Below are positions 12,288 through 24,628 of a stretch of DNA of 64,000 bases, piece after piece. The DNA comes from Macrostomum lignano. Its lineage: Eukaryota. Position 1 is the first letter of the stretch. Every line of letters starts with the position of its first letter. The stretch spans positions 153,418 to 217,417 of the forward strand of contig NIVC01001967.1 of assembly GCA_002269645.1 (NCBI GenBank). Reading direction: 5' to 3'. Under the pieces are notes generated by a model. That model was not told the DNA's origin and made no database searches. It saw only the letters and a list, made by a program, of their open reading frames with translations. Made by a program: the position numbers and the translations under genes.

Positions 12288-13569
12288 GTTGGTCAATTTC
12301 AACTTCATAAGGGCAGTCTGAACCTAGAAATCTTATTCAGTAAGGTTTCTTTGTTTTGAAGGCAAGATTGAGTACTTAAAGAGCTTTCTTTGAAAACTTG
12401 GGCAGCAAAAAAACTAGCTGAACTGAAGGTCGCTGAGGATCACGAGAAATTTGTTAATTTTTCATGAGTACACTCTTTGCGGCAGCCGTTAAGGCGTCTT
12501 GTTATTTTACAGGCGTTTAAACCCTCTCCATTGGTTTTTTTGCTTGGGAATTCGTCATGTGGCTCCCAAAACTGTGCCCTTGAGACTTCTGCAAAACGAT
12601 TCTCCTGCACAACTGTCTGCGGGCTTATATTGATTATCTGGTCAATTAACTCCCATTTACAGCGTACAGTTGCTTAGTCTGCAATTTGTTACCAGTGTGG
12701 AATAGAGAGTTAGAAAAATATTTTGATTGAAAGCACAACATCATCGGTCTCTTGGGTACTAAATATTCTGAATTAAGTAGACCCCGAGGCAAATCGATTC
12801 TCCTAGTCAAGGAATATTAAACATTGCATTGGCTGAGCAACTGTGTACTGATGACTACAACTTGTAAAAAGTCACAACATACTCATGGGCCTAAGATTCA
12901 TTTTTGTCTAGGTGTGTAGCGTCTTCAAAGCAGTCGAATAAAGCATTCTAAATAAAGAGCATTGACTCGTTTGATTAGCTAAGAAAATGCCCGGTTCTAA
13001 GAGAAACAACCTTCAATAAAATAATGTGCACTGCACGTTAACATTATCCCTCTTTTTAAATGCGCTGGGGTGCTGATTTTTTAATTTTATTGTAATATTG
13101 ATTAGCTTAAACTAGTTAAGACAGTCCAAGAAAAAATAGCTACCAAAGCTAGTGAATAAATGGTATATATTTTCGACGTAAAATAGTATTCAAGCTTATT
13201 TATGAAGCTAATAGTTCGTATGAAGCCCCAGGGCAGTTGCATTCTAGCTTGTGTCATCATGTCTTTGATGAATATTACTAGACTTTCCATTATTCCTACA
13301 TCTTCTTGAGTCATTCGGTACAATACTTTATCCTCTGCAGTAAATTTTTTGAATTTGAAACTTAATCAAAGATTTCCTGTCCAAAACTTATCATTATAAA
13401 TGTTCCAGCTCAACTCAAACAGGAAGCGAACTTCCTTTTCTATCCCCCACATAGCACTTTGGACAGGTCCTATTCTTGTAAAGGATCTCTGGTCTCGCAG
13501 TCCTCATTGCTGCGAAGGCCAGTTTATGGTTTGCTAATTAACTAAAACTAATCAACCAACTGTCTGCAG

Positions 13570-14718
13570 GTGATTGCCTACCCAAACCTGGCCAGCCAGA
13601 GCAGCGGTGCGGCAAGCATCTGCGTGGCCTGTCTCTGGGTGGCCTCGGCTTTGCTAGCGAGTCCCCTCGCCTGGTTCGCCTCCGTCACCACCGTGCCCGA
13701 CCCGTTTGGAGGCGCAGACGCGGTTTTCTGCGGCGAAATGACTACCGATGCAACGGTGAAGCGTTGGAAGGCCATTTATAGCGGAATCGTGCTCGTATTT
13801 CAATACCTGATTCCGCTATCCATGGTGGTGATCGCGTATGGAACCGTCTGCCGCCGGCTCAATCAGAAAGTTCGCCGGCGTCATGCTGGCACAGCTGGCT
13901 TGCCAAGCAACAACACTATTGGCATTGCTAACAATACAAACTGCACCAATAACATGAACGCTTGCAGTTATTATAACAACGCGGCCACTGCATTCCAGCG
14001 CCGTCGCCTGTACTTGGAGCAACGCAGAGGACGGCGGGCTAACCTTGTCCTACTGTTAATAGCAGTAGTTTTCGCAGTTTCCTGGCTGCCCCTGACCCTC
14101 TGCAACGTCTACCACGATATCGCTGATCTTAGCGTACAGCAGGTTTCTTCAGCGTCGGAGCAACAGCAGCAACCCGGTGATGGGGGCCGAAACAGCACCT
14201 GGGAAGGCGGAAGTTTCCATACCCTAAGGAACATTGAGTCCGTTGGTCGCAGCAGCGTTGCAGCCACAGTGGCTTTGCACTTCGCTCCTCCGCTACTAGT
14301 GCTGGTGTCCGCCTGTCTGAACCCAGTGTTCTACGGCTTATTTAACTACAACTTCCAGACGGAGCTGCGTCGAATATGCCAACGTCTGCTGCTGCGAGTT
14401 CCAGGCCGGCGCAGACAGGTTTTCCGGCGACGACTGCGCTTGCCACGGATGCGGCAGCTTCGCCAGCATAGGCATCGCGATCCGCAAGGCGATGATGCCA
14501 GCGATATTGTCGGCACTGTAGGTCAACAGCGGCGAGTGTTTCTCTCTAACCTGCTGCGGCTTGCGAATCTGCCGCTGCGCAGAGCGACGACAACTCATTC
14601 AGCAACAGCATCGATTTGGCAGCCGCAGCTCACCTGTGTCACTGAGACTGCTCTTCGCGATACTCAGGGCGACCTGCCGTATATTGACGATGAAGATCAG
14701 ACGCTGGGGCTTGTCTGA
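13570..14718 (+). CDS. class A GPCR, NPY/NPF-receptor-like, exon 2 (TM4-TM7 and C-tail)
   Basis: Acceptor TGTCTGCAG ends at 13569, and the join gives DRFQ|VIAYP. Also contains ECL2 FCGE, TM5 FQYLIPL, TM6 VFAVSWLP and TM7 SACLNPVFYG. The joined protein is about 562 aa. Confidence 0.9.
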   Translation: MIAYPNLASQSSGAASICVACLWVASALLASPLAWFASVTTVPDPFGGADAVFCGEMTTDATVKRWKAIYSGIVLVFQYLIPLSMVVIAYGTVCRRLNQKVRRRHAGTAGLPSNNTIGIANNTNCTNNMNACSYYNNAATAFQRRRLYLEQRRGRRANLVLLLIAVVFAVSWLPLTLCNVYHDIADLSVQQVSSASEQQQQPGDGGRNSTWEGGSFHTLRNIESVGRSSVAATVALHFAPPLLVLVSACLNPVFYGLFNYNFQTELRRICQRLLLRVPGRRRQVFRRRLRLPRMRQLRQHRHRDPQGDDASDIVGTVGQQRRVFLSNLLRLANLPLRRATTTHSATASIWQPQLTCVTETALRDTQGDLPYIDDEDQTLGLV

Positions 14719-17227
14719 TGAAAACGATAGATTCTAGACGCATCTTGCATGCACTGAACTACTGAAACTGTCAAACTGACCAGACACTTTCGACCGATTA
14801 ACTACCCGGGTATTCTGACAGATTATTATTTTCCGAAGAGGAAGCTTTTGTAAACTACTGCACATGCACAGCACTATACTGAACTTACATATGCTCACTT
14901 TATCGTACCTGCGTCCTGCCCTTTGCACGTTATCTCATGCGATACTTACTAATCGGATCATGGAAATCAATCTGTTTTCGAGACGGTTGACCGGTCGATG
15001 CACAAGACCACTGGCCAAAAAATTGCTTAGTCTTGTGCAAAAGCTTTTAACCCATTATCGGCTTTATGCTTGCACATCGCGTGAGCCACAAAAAGTCAGA
15101 CTCATGACGATTCAGCAAGCGGCATTGCAAGATCTAATTACTGCCAGATCGAATTTCTGCGAATGGTCAGCCATAACTGCGGTTTAGCTGATCCTCCCCT
15201 TTTGTATATTTCTGAGCATGCTAAGGATCGCTAATGCGCGCATAAGCCAGAAATGAATAAAATAAGCGAGTTGATTTTCATAGAGCAGCCAGTAATGCAT
15301 TTGCTTTAGCAAATATTTGCCGGAGAATAAATGGTACTTGGCCAATCGGACTGGAAGTTATGTCGAATTTTGGCCAGTTACAGGCATGATGCTATAAATT
15401 AGAATAAAATCAAACAACTGGCAAAAATGACAAGCTGCAAATCAGTACCGTATCACTGGTACAGATGAATTACACTTGTAGAGCACTTGCTGCTATATTC
15501 GAGTTGTTGCAACTCCAACTTTGCTAGGCCAAGTGATTTATTATGCTGCAGCCAAGGATTTTAGTGCTGCTACCATCGTGCACATTCTCCCGCAAGGAGA
15601 GAGTCCATCGTTAATAATGTAGAATTCAGTAGCATTTTGCAAGCCGGTCGAGGTGTGGGAGCAAGCAGTTCAATAATCAATTGCTAGGGAAAATTTATGT
15701 TCAAGCATCTTTGCCAGCTCCATGTTTCAAAGCATATAAGGACTCTAGGTTCGAGCAAGCTATTAATACGACATAGAATAGCTGAACATATTCGAATAAT
15801 TATACAAAAAGACTCTTAGTCAGGTTTGGCCTTAGACAAAAACTAATTTTGGGCAGTCTTTTGTGTCGAAGTTTCATTCAATCGTGGTGCAGTTTTTAAT
15901 GTTCAATCTATCAACACTTCTTCCTCAGTAAGTCTCTCTCGATCGATCGAAGTACTGGTACTTAGTTTTCTATATGAATAATAGAATTAGACAGTTTGCT
16001 ATACCGAATCAAGTCACCCGCAGCCCGACTGTCTTCTTCATTACTCGAGACTTGTCAGCCGTACTCAAAGGTAAGTGCAATATATTCTGAAATGAAGAAG
16101 TGACACGTGCGCGTGTACTTTATTTGGTTGGCAATGATAATAAGCAATTGGAAAGAGAGTTATCAAGACGCTGAAAGTATGGTGTTAAACCTGAGAAAAG
16201 AGAGACAGCGTCAAATAAAATAGGAAAGATAAGAGAAAAGAGAGGTCTTAGGAATGAGCTTTCCTGTCATATTGCATGTGTATCAGATAGTGGCATCGGT
16301 GCTAGCACGTTCGATGGAGTCTTGGGTTGAGCCTCAGCTCGGAGTCAGCCAGACAGGCACTGCCCAAGGACCACTAGTAGTATATCAGTACCGTTGATGC
16401 TACACTCAAAGATGGTGCAATTTTTCGAAACAGTATAAGAGAAAAAATGAATGCACCGCAATGAACTCGATGTTCTCAACGCCTATGAGTTTTATTTAGT
16501 TTGCCAGGTAAGAGTTGCGTGCTGCATTGCATTACCGTATCAAGGGGAAGTCAGGCCATTCCAAGCAGAAACATAGCACTTCAGGTGACGGAAATTGGTC
16601 CAGACACAGTCCAGGGCAGAATGGGAAGATACGATGTTGATATTAATTCAGACGCACAGTACCTGAGCTATTACGTGCTTCCGCCACAGCGCTTCGATCA
16701 TTGCTGCATCCGAACTGCCCGTCACTCGGCCCGTGTCATCCCATTTTGCCCTGCTGCCTAACTCCACTGGCAGATCTCCTTAAACTCTGGAAAAGCAGGG
16801 CAGGAAGATAATTGCTTCTTATAAGTCATCATTTCCAGGTGGACAGCTATAGGTAGAGTACATATAGTCCCAGATGATTAAGGACTTCATGCTGAAAATG
16901 CATGCGCATATTGTTGGCTGCTGCTGTTATTATTCACAGTTGCCATTGGCATCTGGCACATGCATGAACAGAGAAGACTCGAATGTAAGGAAATTCAGTA
17001 GCGCAAATGATTGGGCAGGGAGCGAATACAGTAGGAAATGTGTGTTGGGAAAGCTTCGCTCATGTGCGTGTGTCCGACCATCACCTCTGAAAGAATAGGA
17101 GTAATTCAGCTTCTAACATCTCGCAAAGCATTGAAACTCGTATCGAGGGTTTCTAAATGCAAAAAGGAGTACATATAACTGAGTACACGTTCGTCGAAGC
17201 TCACTGACTACATATTTTATATTCCAG

Positions 17228-17473
17228 ATGTTTCAAGGTTATCCTCCGCAGAAAGGCTTTAGCGAAGCCGAAATCAACCGTATTTTATGGCTAATTGCCT
17301 GGCAGAAGTTACTGACTCTCACCTTGGCGTGCATTGTTGTCGTGTTTGTGGTTTACATGTTTTCAAGAGACTTGGCCATCATTCTCAGAGCTATCTGTTT
17401 CGGATTTGCAGCGCAAATAAAAGCAAAAAGAACGGAAATGGCGAACCAGAAGCTGGTGGACACAATTAAATAG
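17228..17473 (+). CDS. putative terminal exon of a small single-pass membrane protein
   Basis: 81-codon ORF begins directly after the strong acceptor TTTTATATTCCAG. It has a hydrophobic helix LLTLTLACIVVVFVVYMF and a basic tail. No recognisable family. Confidence 0.4.
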   Translation: MFQGYPPQKGFSEAEINRILWLIAWQKLLTLTLACIVVVFVVYMFSRDLAIILRAICFGFAAQIKAKRTEMANQKLVDTIK

Positions 17474-17627
17474 GCATTGATTGCAGCGTCTTGATTCAGA
17501 ATGCCATCGAATGCAGCTCTTTTCTATCTATTTACTATTGGCTGGCTTCTATTTAATAAACTATATCCATTTATTATAGTTATGCCTAATCTATGCACTA
17601 CCGGTATTCGCACCTGCATATGCTATA

Positions 17628-17852
17628 AGCCCGTACACCAATTCGACATCAGCGATGTTGACCGACGTTCCGACTTCTATTGAGGTCGCTGACAAACATG
17701 TACTTTTACATTCATCGACGGATAACGGCGTCGTCCGTCGGCGGCGAAACGGCAGCTGAACGTTGATGCAATGTAAAAGTACATATTATCAGCGACGTCG
17801 ATAGACTTCCCGTACATCGGCCAGCGTCGCAGACGTCGGATGACTGTGAGGA
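17628..17852. mobile_element. fold-back MITE, possibly PIF/Harbinger-like, degenerate
   Basis: Inverted arms TCGCTGACAAACATGTACTTTTACATT (~17686) and AATGTAAAAGTACATATTATCAGCGA (~17770), with further outer matches. The left end reads TAA|GCCCGTACAC and the right end is eroded. Confidence 0.5.
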
Positions 17853-19601
17853 ATGTTTCAACTTATGTAATAGTATATTGTACAATAGTCACCCCACTAC
17901 CCCACTGGATGAATACATGTACTTACTGTGCATGCTACAGTTACATGTGACTGTCGCTGTCAGTTTTACTAAAAATAAATATGTCGTCTAAATGTAAAAT
18001 GCATTGAATTGGCAGCCAAGCACAAATTCGTACGTGTACAATAGTCACTCGGCCAAAAAGTAACCCTCGCTGGTCAGCAAGCGTCGATAAGCTAGCAAAT
18101 TGGATCGATGCATACATGTACAGTTGAGCGACAATGTGCTACTACATAAGCACCACTGAAGAACACAGTATGTTGCACGATCCCAAATATTGACAGGCTT
18201 CGTATTGCTGCATACGTATTGCTGCATGGGTACACAACATCTGGATTTCTGTCAAACAGCAAAAAATACGGATAGGAAGTAAGATCGACGCGTTCAAAGG
18301 CAAAATTATTGGCCCAGCCAATACAGAAGCGGTGAAAAATGCACTACGTCCGTCGTAAGTACTCTTTGGAGGCTCGTATTAGTTCCTATAGCTTCCTAAA
18401 GGAAGCGAGTACATGTAGTTGATTGACGGCCTTGCCCGTTTTAAAGTGAAGGAAACATGTTCTTCACTTTGTACCAGTAAATCATCTTCAAGCATTTTTC
18501 TCAATCTTCCTTATTATCGCGTGTGTAGGATCCAGGAACTATTTACATGTAAGTAGTCCCTGGTAGCATCTTGTTGTGTTCTCTTATGTTGTCCTTGGTT
18601 ATCCATGTACGGCTAAAAGAAGGCAGCGACACAATTATTTTCTGTAATTGTTAGTGATTTTCCCGTAGTGTTGCTATTGATTGACGACGATTGATATAAT
18701 TTCCAATATACTAAAAATCAAAACTATGTACCTATAGGAACCTTCGCTTAACTTCACTCTACATGGTCGGAATTTCGTGGGGTTTTCTGCATTCGATGCG
18801 TATTGATGACGCGCTGGTACACGAAATTTCGCTAAGAAATTGCTTCATTTTTTCGGGCTTAAATATTCGAAAAACTCGATTTTCTCCCTGTTTTTTAAAG
18901 TTCAAACAGTTCTTTCCGATTGAGAAGGAGTCTGACTGCCGATGGAATTGTATTGCATCATAACTCAGTGCCAACTATAGCATTGGTTCTCTACACTCGC
19001 GTGGAGAGCTACAAGCGTTGAAAGGTTGCGCAACACCTTTAAGTTATTGAAATTGAGGGGCGGGTGTCACTATTCAATTATTCATGGGCTGGCTTGGTTG
19101 TTAATTTCAATGCATCAACTTGCAGGCCTCTCACTGTAGCTAGCGCTGAATGTACACCTTATGAATTTGAATGCTTTAAAGCAGGAATGTTTAATCGTTG
19201 TTTGTGCTTCGAGTTTTTTACTTTCAGAAGAGAGCCTTGTGCCCTTGTATTGCTAGAAAGAGCTTGAAACGCTGAGTTCGGGAATATAATTTCTTTGCTT
19301 AGATTCGAAAAATTGAAAGCACAGCATTAAAAAGAAGATTCCTATGAATTTTACTTTATATACTCATTGTACACTCTCCAATATCGCAAACCCCTACTTT
19401 ATCGCAACTCCACAATTCAAGCCAGCGCCATTGAATTTAGATTTAGATTGCGTAACCATATTGGTGACTTTATTTGAAACTGATACAGACTGGCTGAGAA
19501 ATTATGTCATAACTGCTTCGTATGATTTACTCTGTGCGTGGAGTTTTGAAAGTGTTGAATTATGTACTCGTAAGTGCTACAATTTATGTTATCAAAACAA
19601 T

Positions 19602-19660
19602 GAGAGATAGCCTAGAGGCAAACAGACTGACCTGCTAATGCAGCGACGTGGGTTCGAATT
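19602..19660 (+). promoter_or_regulatory. tRNA-Ser(GCT)-derived cassette with Pol III A/B boxes (H1)
   Basis: TAGCCTAGAGG (A box), CTGCTAA (anticodon loop) and GTGGGTTCGAAT (B box), followed by T-runs. Confidence 0.7.
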
Positions 19661-19794
19661 TTTAAATTGTAGAAGTTTTTTATTAAAAAAATTAATTTTA
19701 AACTTTTTAGCTAAAGAAAACTAAAAAACGTCAGGTAAATCAGGTAGAAGAGAAGCTACGAGTATTCATGTAGTATATTCAAATTTTTTTATTA

Positions 19795-22085
19795 AACTGA
19801 GATGCCAAGGCTAAGAGGGAATTTCTGAGATATCAAGACGTGAGGGGAATTGCTGAGATTTCAAGACTTACTGGGGGAATTACTGAGATATAAGGGCTTA
19901 CTGAGATAATTACTGAGATGCCAAGGCTTAAGAGTGAATTGCTGAGATGTCAAGGCTTGAAGGGAATTTCTGAGGTGTCAAGGCTTGGTGGGAATTGCTG
20001 AGATGTTAAGTCTTGGGGAAGAATTCTATGGATTGGGGAATCTTTGAACGAGAGATGCTTCTAATGGATATCTCGAGGAGATTAGGGGATTCTTTGGCCA
20101 AAAATTCTATTCATGGGCGGATTATTTGGATGGGAGATTCTTTGGATTCCTTGAATGGGGAATTCTGTTGATGGGGATTATTTGGACGTGGATTTTTTAA
20201 CGGGTTTTTTAGATGAGGGTATTCTTTGGCCAATTATTCTTTTGATGGGAGAATCAATGGATAATGTGGATGGAGATTCTGTGGATGGGGATTATTTGGA
20301 CGTGGATTTTTTGAACGGGTTTTTTTAGATGAGGGTATTCTTTGGCCAATTATTCTTTTGATGGGAGAATCAAGGGATAATGTGGATGGGGATTATTTGG
20401 ACGTGGATTATTTGCATGGAGATTATTTGGAGGGGGATTCTTTAGATAGGAATGGATGGGGATTGATAGGAGGATTCTTTGGATAGGGATAAATAGGGGC
20501 ATTTTTTCGATAGGGATGGATGGGGGATTCTTTGGATATGGATGGGTGGGGGGATTCTTTCGATAGGGATTCTGTGAATGAGGGATTATTTAAATAGGGA
20601 TTCTTTTGAAGGGGATTCTTTGCATGTGAGATGTTATGGATGGGCAATGCATTGGATGGGAAGTTCTTCAGATAGGAGAATTCCTTGAATGGGGAATTCT
20701 TTGGATCCGGGATTCTATTGATAGCTGGGTTCTTTGGATGGGGGATTTTTTTATATGGATGGAGGTCGGGGATTTTTTGGATAGGGATGGATAGGGGGAT
20801 TCTTCGGATCGGGGATTCTATCGATGGGGGTTCTTTGGATGGGGATTCTCTGCATGTAAGATTCTATGGATGGGCAATTCTTCAGATAGGAGAATTCCTT
20901 GAATGGGGAATTCTTTGGATGGGGGATTCTTTGGATGGGGGATTCTTTAGATGGGGGATTCTTTGATGGGGGATTCTTTGGATGGGGGATTCTTTGGATG
21001 GGGGATTCTTTGGATGGGGGATTCTTTGGATGGGGGATTCTTTGGATGGGGGATTCTTTGGATGGGGGATTCTTTAGATGGGGGATTCTTCGGATCGGTG
21101 ATTCTATCGATGGGAGGTTTTTTGGATGGCGGATTCTTTGCATGTGAGATTCTTTGTATCGTGGATTCTATGGGTGGTGTATTCTTTGGATGAGGGATTC
21201 TTTGGATGGGAGATTCAGTTGGGTGAAATTTTATTGCGTGGGAAAACTGTGGCTGGAGTTTGGACGGAAAGCCCCAACGGGAGTTGGAATTGGCTAGCTG
21301 AGGAAATTGCTTCACTAATCTTGCAGGAGGTAATTTCTATCAGGGGATGCTTGCTATCGGAAGGACGCTCGCTCTTGGGGGATGCTTGCTCGGAAGAGAA
21401 TTTTAAGATGTCAAGATTTACAGGGGGAATTATTGAGATACATGTATAAAATCTTACCTTGGGGAATTAATGACATGTGAAGGCTTAAGAGGGACTTGCT
21501 GAGATGCCAAGGCTTAAGAGGGAATTGCTGAGGTGTCAAGTCTTGTTGGGGAATTGCTGAGATGCCAAGGCTTAAGAGGGAGTTCCTGAGATTTCAAGAC
21601 TTGGGAAGGAGAATTACTCAGATGTCAAGGCTTAGGGGAATTTCTGAGATGTCAAGGCTTGTGGGGGGAATCGCTGAGATGTGAAGGCTTAAGAGGGAAT
21701 CGCTGAGATGTCAAGGCTTGTGGGGGAATTGCTGAGGTTTGAAGGCTTAAAAAGGAATTGCTGAGGTCTTAAGTCTCGGGGAGGGGAATCGCTAAGATGC
21801 CAAGGCTTTGGACGGGGAGAAATTGCTAAGATGTCAAGACTTACTGGAGGAATTACTGAGATATGAAGGCTAACTGGGAGAATTACTGAGATATGAAGGC
21901 TTACTAGGAGAATTACTGAGATATCAAGGCTTGGGGAGGGGAATTACTGAGATGTCAAGGCTTTTGGCGGGGAGAAATTGGTAACATGTCAAGGCTTGCG
22001 CCGGAATTGCTTAGATGTCAATGCTTGGGGAAAATTTCTGAGGTGTCGAGGCTTGGGGGAATTGCTGAGATGTTAAGTCTTGGGG
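19795..22085 (+). repeat. 30-bp minisatellite GGGGAATTGCTGAGATGTCAAGGCTTACTG, two blocks (~19795-20035 and ~21410-22085)
   Basis: Degenerate tandem units read directly from the sequence. The 16-bp array lies between the two blocks. Confidence 0.85.
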
Positions 22086-22885
22086 GAATTCTATGGATTG
22101 ATGATTCTTTGGATGAGGGATGCTTCTAATGGATAAATTTGGATAGGTGATTCATTGGGCAATTTCTTCGGTGGGGCATTGTTTTGGTGGAGGGCTTTTT
22201 GAATGGGGGATTCTTTAGATGAATGATTCTTTAGATGGGGGTTATTTGAACGGGGGTTCTTTAGATGAGGGGATTCTGGGATTATTTGGCCAATTATTCT
22301 TTTGATGTGGGATTATTTCAGGATGTGAATTCTTTGGAGGGGGATTTTTTGGAGGAGGAATTTTTTGGATATGGATGGTTGAGGGGATTATTTAGATAGA
22401 AATGGATGGGGAAATTCTTTGGATATGGATGAATAGGAGGATTCTTGGGATAGGGACCGATGGGGTATTCTTTAGATAGGGATGGATGGGCGATTCTTTG
22501 GATAGGGATGGGTGGGGGGATTCTTTGGATAGAGGGTTTCTGTGTATGGGGGATTTCTTGAATAAGGGATTCATTGGACGAGGAATTCTTCAGATGGGAG
22601 GATTCCTTGAATTGGGAATTCTTCGGATCGGGGATTCTATCAATGGGATGGGATGGGGATGGGACGGGAAGGATTGGTATTCTTTGCATGTGAGATTCTA
22701 TGGATGGGCGATTAATTAAATAGGGAATTCTACAGATAGAGGATTCCTTGAATGGGAAATTCTTCGGATCGGGGATTCTGTCGATGGGGGGTTCCTTGTA
22801 TGGGGATTCTTTGGATGAGGGTTTTTTGCATGTGAGATTATTTGCATCAGGGATTTTATGGATGAGAGATTCTTTGGATGGAAGG
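20040..22885 (+). repeat. 16-bp minisatellite GGGGATTCTTTGGATG, two blocks (~20040-21210 and ~22090-22885)
   Basis: Near-perfect units at 20900-21080. The 16-aa periodicity of the overlapping ORFs equals three units. Confidence 0.9.
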
Positions 22886-23540
22886 TTCAGTTGGGTAAAT
22901 TTCTTTTGCGTGAGAAAACTTTGGTAGGAGTTCTGACGGAAAGCCCCAACGGGGGTTGGAATTGGCTAGTCCAATATACTAAAAATGGTCTGTCTGTGTC
23001 AAAAAAATGAAAATCTTGTATGTTTGTACGAAATCGATTATCTCCCAAAAGGCTCAACCGATTTTCTTCGAACTTGCACTGTTCGATCAGAAATTTTCCC
23101 GTGACGGTACATGTGTCTTGGCTAAGAAATTGCTCAATGCTAAAAGGATTAAATATTCGAAAAACATGCTTTTGTGCAAAGGTCAAGCAAACTTTTCGAC
23201 TTGAAATGCATTGTAAGAATGCTAGAGAAAAAATTGACTGGTTGAATTCTGATTCTGAAATAGATTGCATCACACCAGGCTTTTTATTTATTCACTCTGT
23301 GTACTGGCTTAATTTTGACACTGAATTGAATTGCGTCACAGTATTGAAAACGCAGTGTGGAAGCCTAGCACAATACTTGATTTATATTGCATAACCATAT
23401 TGCTAACTTTAATAGAAACTGGTACTGACTTGCCTAAGAAATTGATTATGTCATAACTGCTTCGTGTGACTTATACTCAATTGACTTGGTGTGAGTGTTG
23501 AATTATATAGGTGCTACAAATTCATTTATAATTTCAATAA

Positions 23541-23601
23541 GAGCTAGCCTAGATGTGAACACACTGGACTGCTAATGCAGCAACCTGGGTTCGAATCTTA
23601 G
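23541..23601 (+). promoter_or_regulatory. tRNA-Ser(GCT)-derived cassette with Pol III A/B boxes (H2)
   Basis: A box TAGCCTAGATG, anticodon arm CTGGA-CTGCTAA-TGCAG (4/5 pairs), T arm CTGGG-TTCGAAT-CTTAG, and a T7 run about 27 nt downstream. Confidence 0.75.
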
Positions 23602-23679
23602 TAGTGTATGAAAAAAAGTAGCATAATTTTTTTCATTGAAAGCTTTTATTAAAGGACTAATTAAAAAGACCTGGATTAT

Positions 23680-24628
23680 GGCGCTAGATAAACCAAGGAT
23701 TACTGCGCTTGATAAACCAAGGATTATTGCACTTGATAAGCCAAGGATTATTGCACTTGATAAGCCAAGGATTATTGCACCTGATAAGCCAAGGACTATT
23801 GCACTTGATAAACCAAGGATTATTGTACTTGATAAGCCAAGGATTATTGCACTTGATAAACCAAGGACTATTGCACTTGATAAACCAAGGATTATTGTAC
23901 TTGATAAGCCAAGGATTATTGCACTTGATAAACCAAGGACTATTGCACTTGATAAACCAAGGATTATTGTACTTGATAAGCCAAGGATTATTGCACTCGA
24001 TTAGCCAATGATTATTGCACTTTTAAGCCAAGGATTATTGCACCTGATAAGCCAAGGATTATTGCACTTGATAAACAAAGGATTAAAAAGACCTGGATTA
24101 TGGCGCTAGATAAACCAAGGATTATTGCACTTGATAAACCAAGGATTATTGCACCTGATAAGCCAAGGACTATTGCACTTGATAAACCAAGAATTATTGT
24201 ACTTGATAAGCCAAGGATTATTGCACTTGATTAGCCAATGATTATTGCACTTTTAAGCCAAGGATTATTGCACCTGATAAGCCAAGGATTATTGCACTTG
24301 ATAAACAAAGGATTAAAAAGACCTGGATTATGGCGCTAGATAAACCAAGGATTATTGCACTTGATAAACCAAGAATTATTGCACTTGATAAGCCAAGGAT
24401 TACTGTGCTTGATAAACCAAGAATTATTGCACTTGATAAACCAAGGATTACTGCGCTTGATAAACAAAGGATTATTGCACTTCATAAACCAAGGATTACT
24501 GCGCTTGATAAACAAAGGATTATTGCACTTGATAAGCCAAGGATTATTTCACTTGATAAGCCAAGGATTATTGCACTTGATAAACCAAGGATTATTGCAC
24601 TTGATAAGCCAAGGATTATTGCACTTGA
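23680..24628 (+). repeat. 24-bp minisatellite ATTATTGCACTTGATAAGCCAAGG (H2, first part)
   Basis: Tandem units that translate as IIALDKPR. The array continues at 37136-37620 and again at 38865-39422. Confidence 0.95.

Larger units (their letters stand above)
18702..22969 (+). mobile_element. non-autonomous Helitron H1 (30-bp and 16-bp arrays, duplicated 3' module)
   Basis: Starts TCCAATATACTAAAAAT and has the shared core motif (GCTAAGAAATTGCT...TAAATATTCGAAAAAC). Ends with a CCCC-AACG-GGGG hairpin and CTAG at 22966-22969. An earlier internal end lies at 21294-21297. Confidence 0.8.

Noticed and set aside
12288-12359. C-terminal extension of GPCR ORF 11748-12359
   Set aside because: It is intron sequence after the donor at 12288.
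18037-18325. Possible Tc1-like MITE (CTCGGCCAAAAAG ... TTATTGGCCCAG)
   Set aside because: The match between the ends is too weak and no TA duplication could be confirmed.
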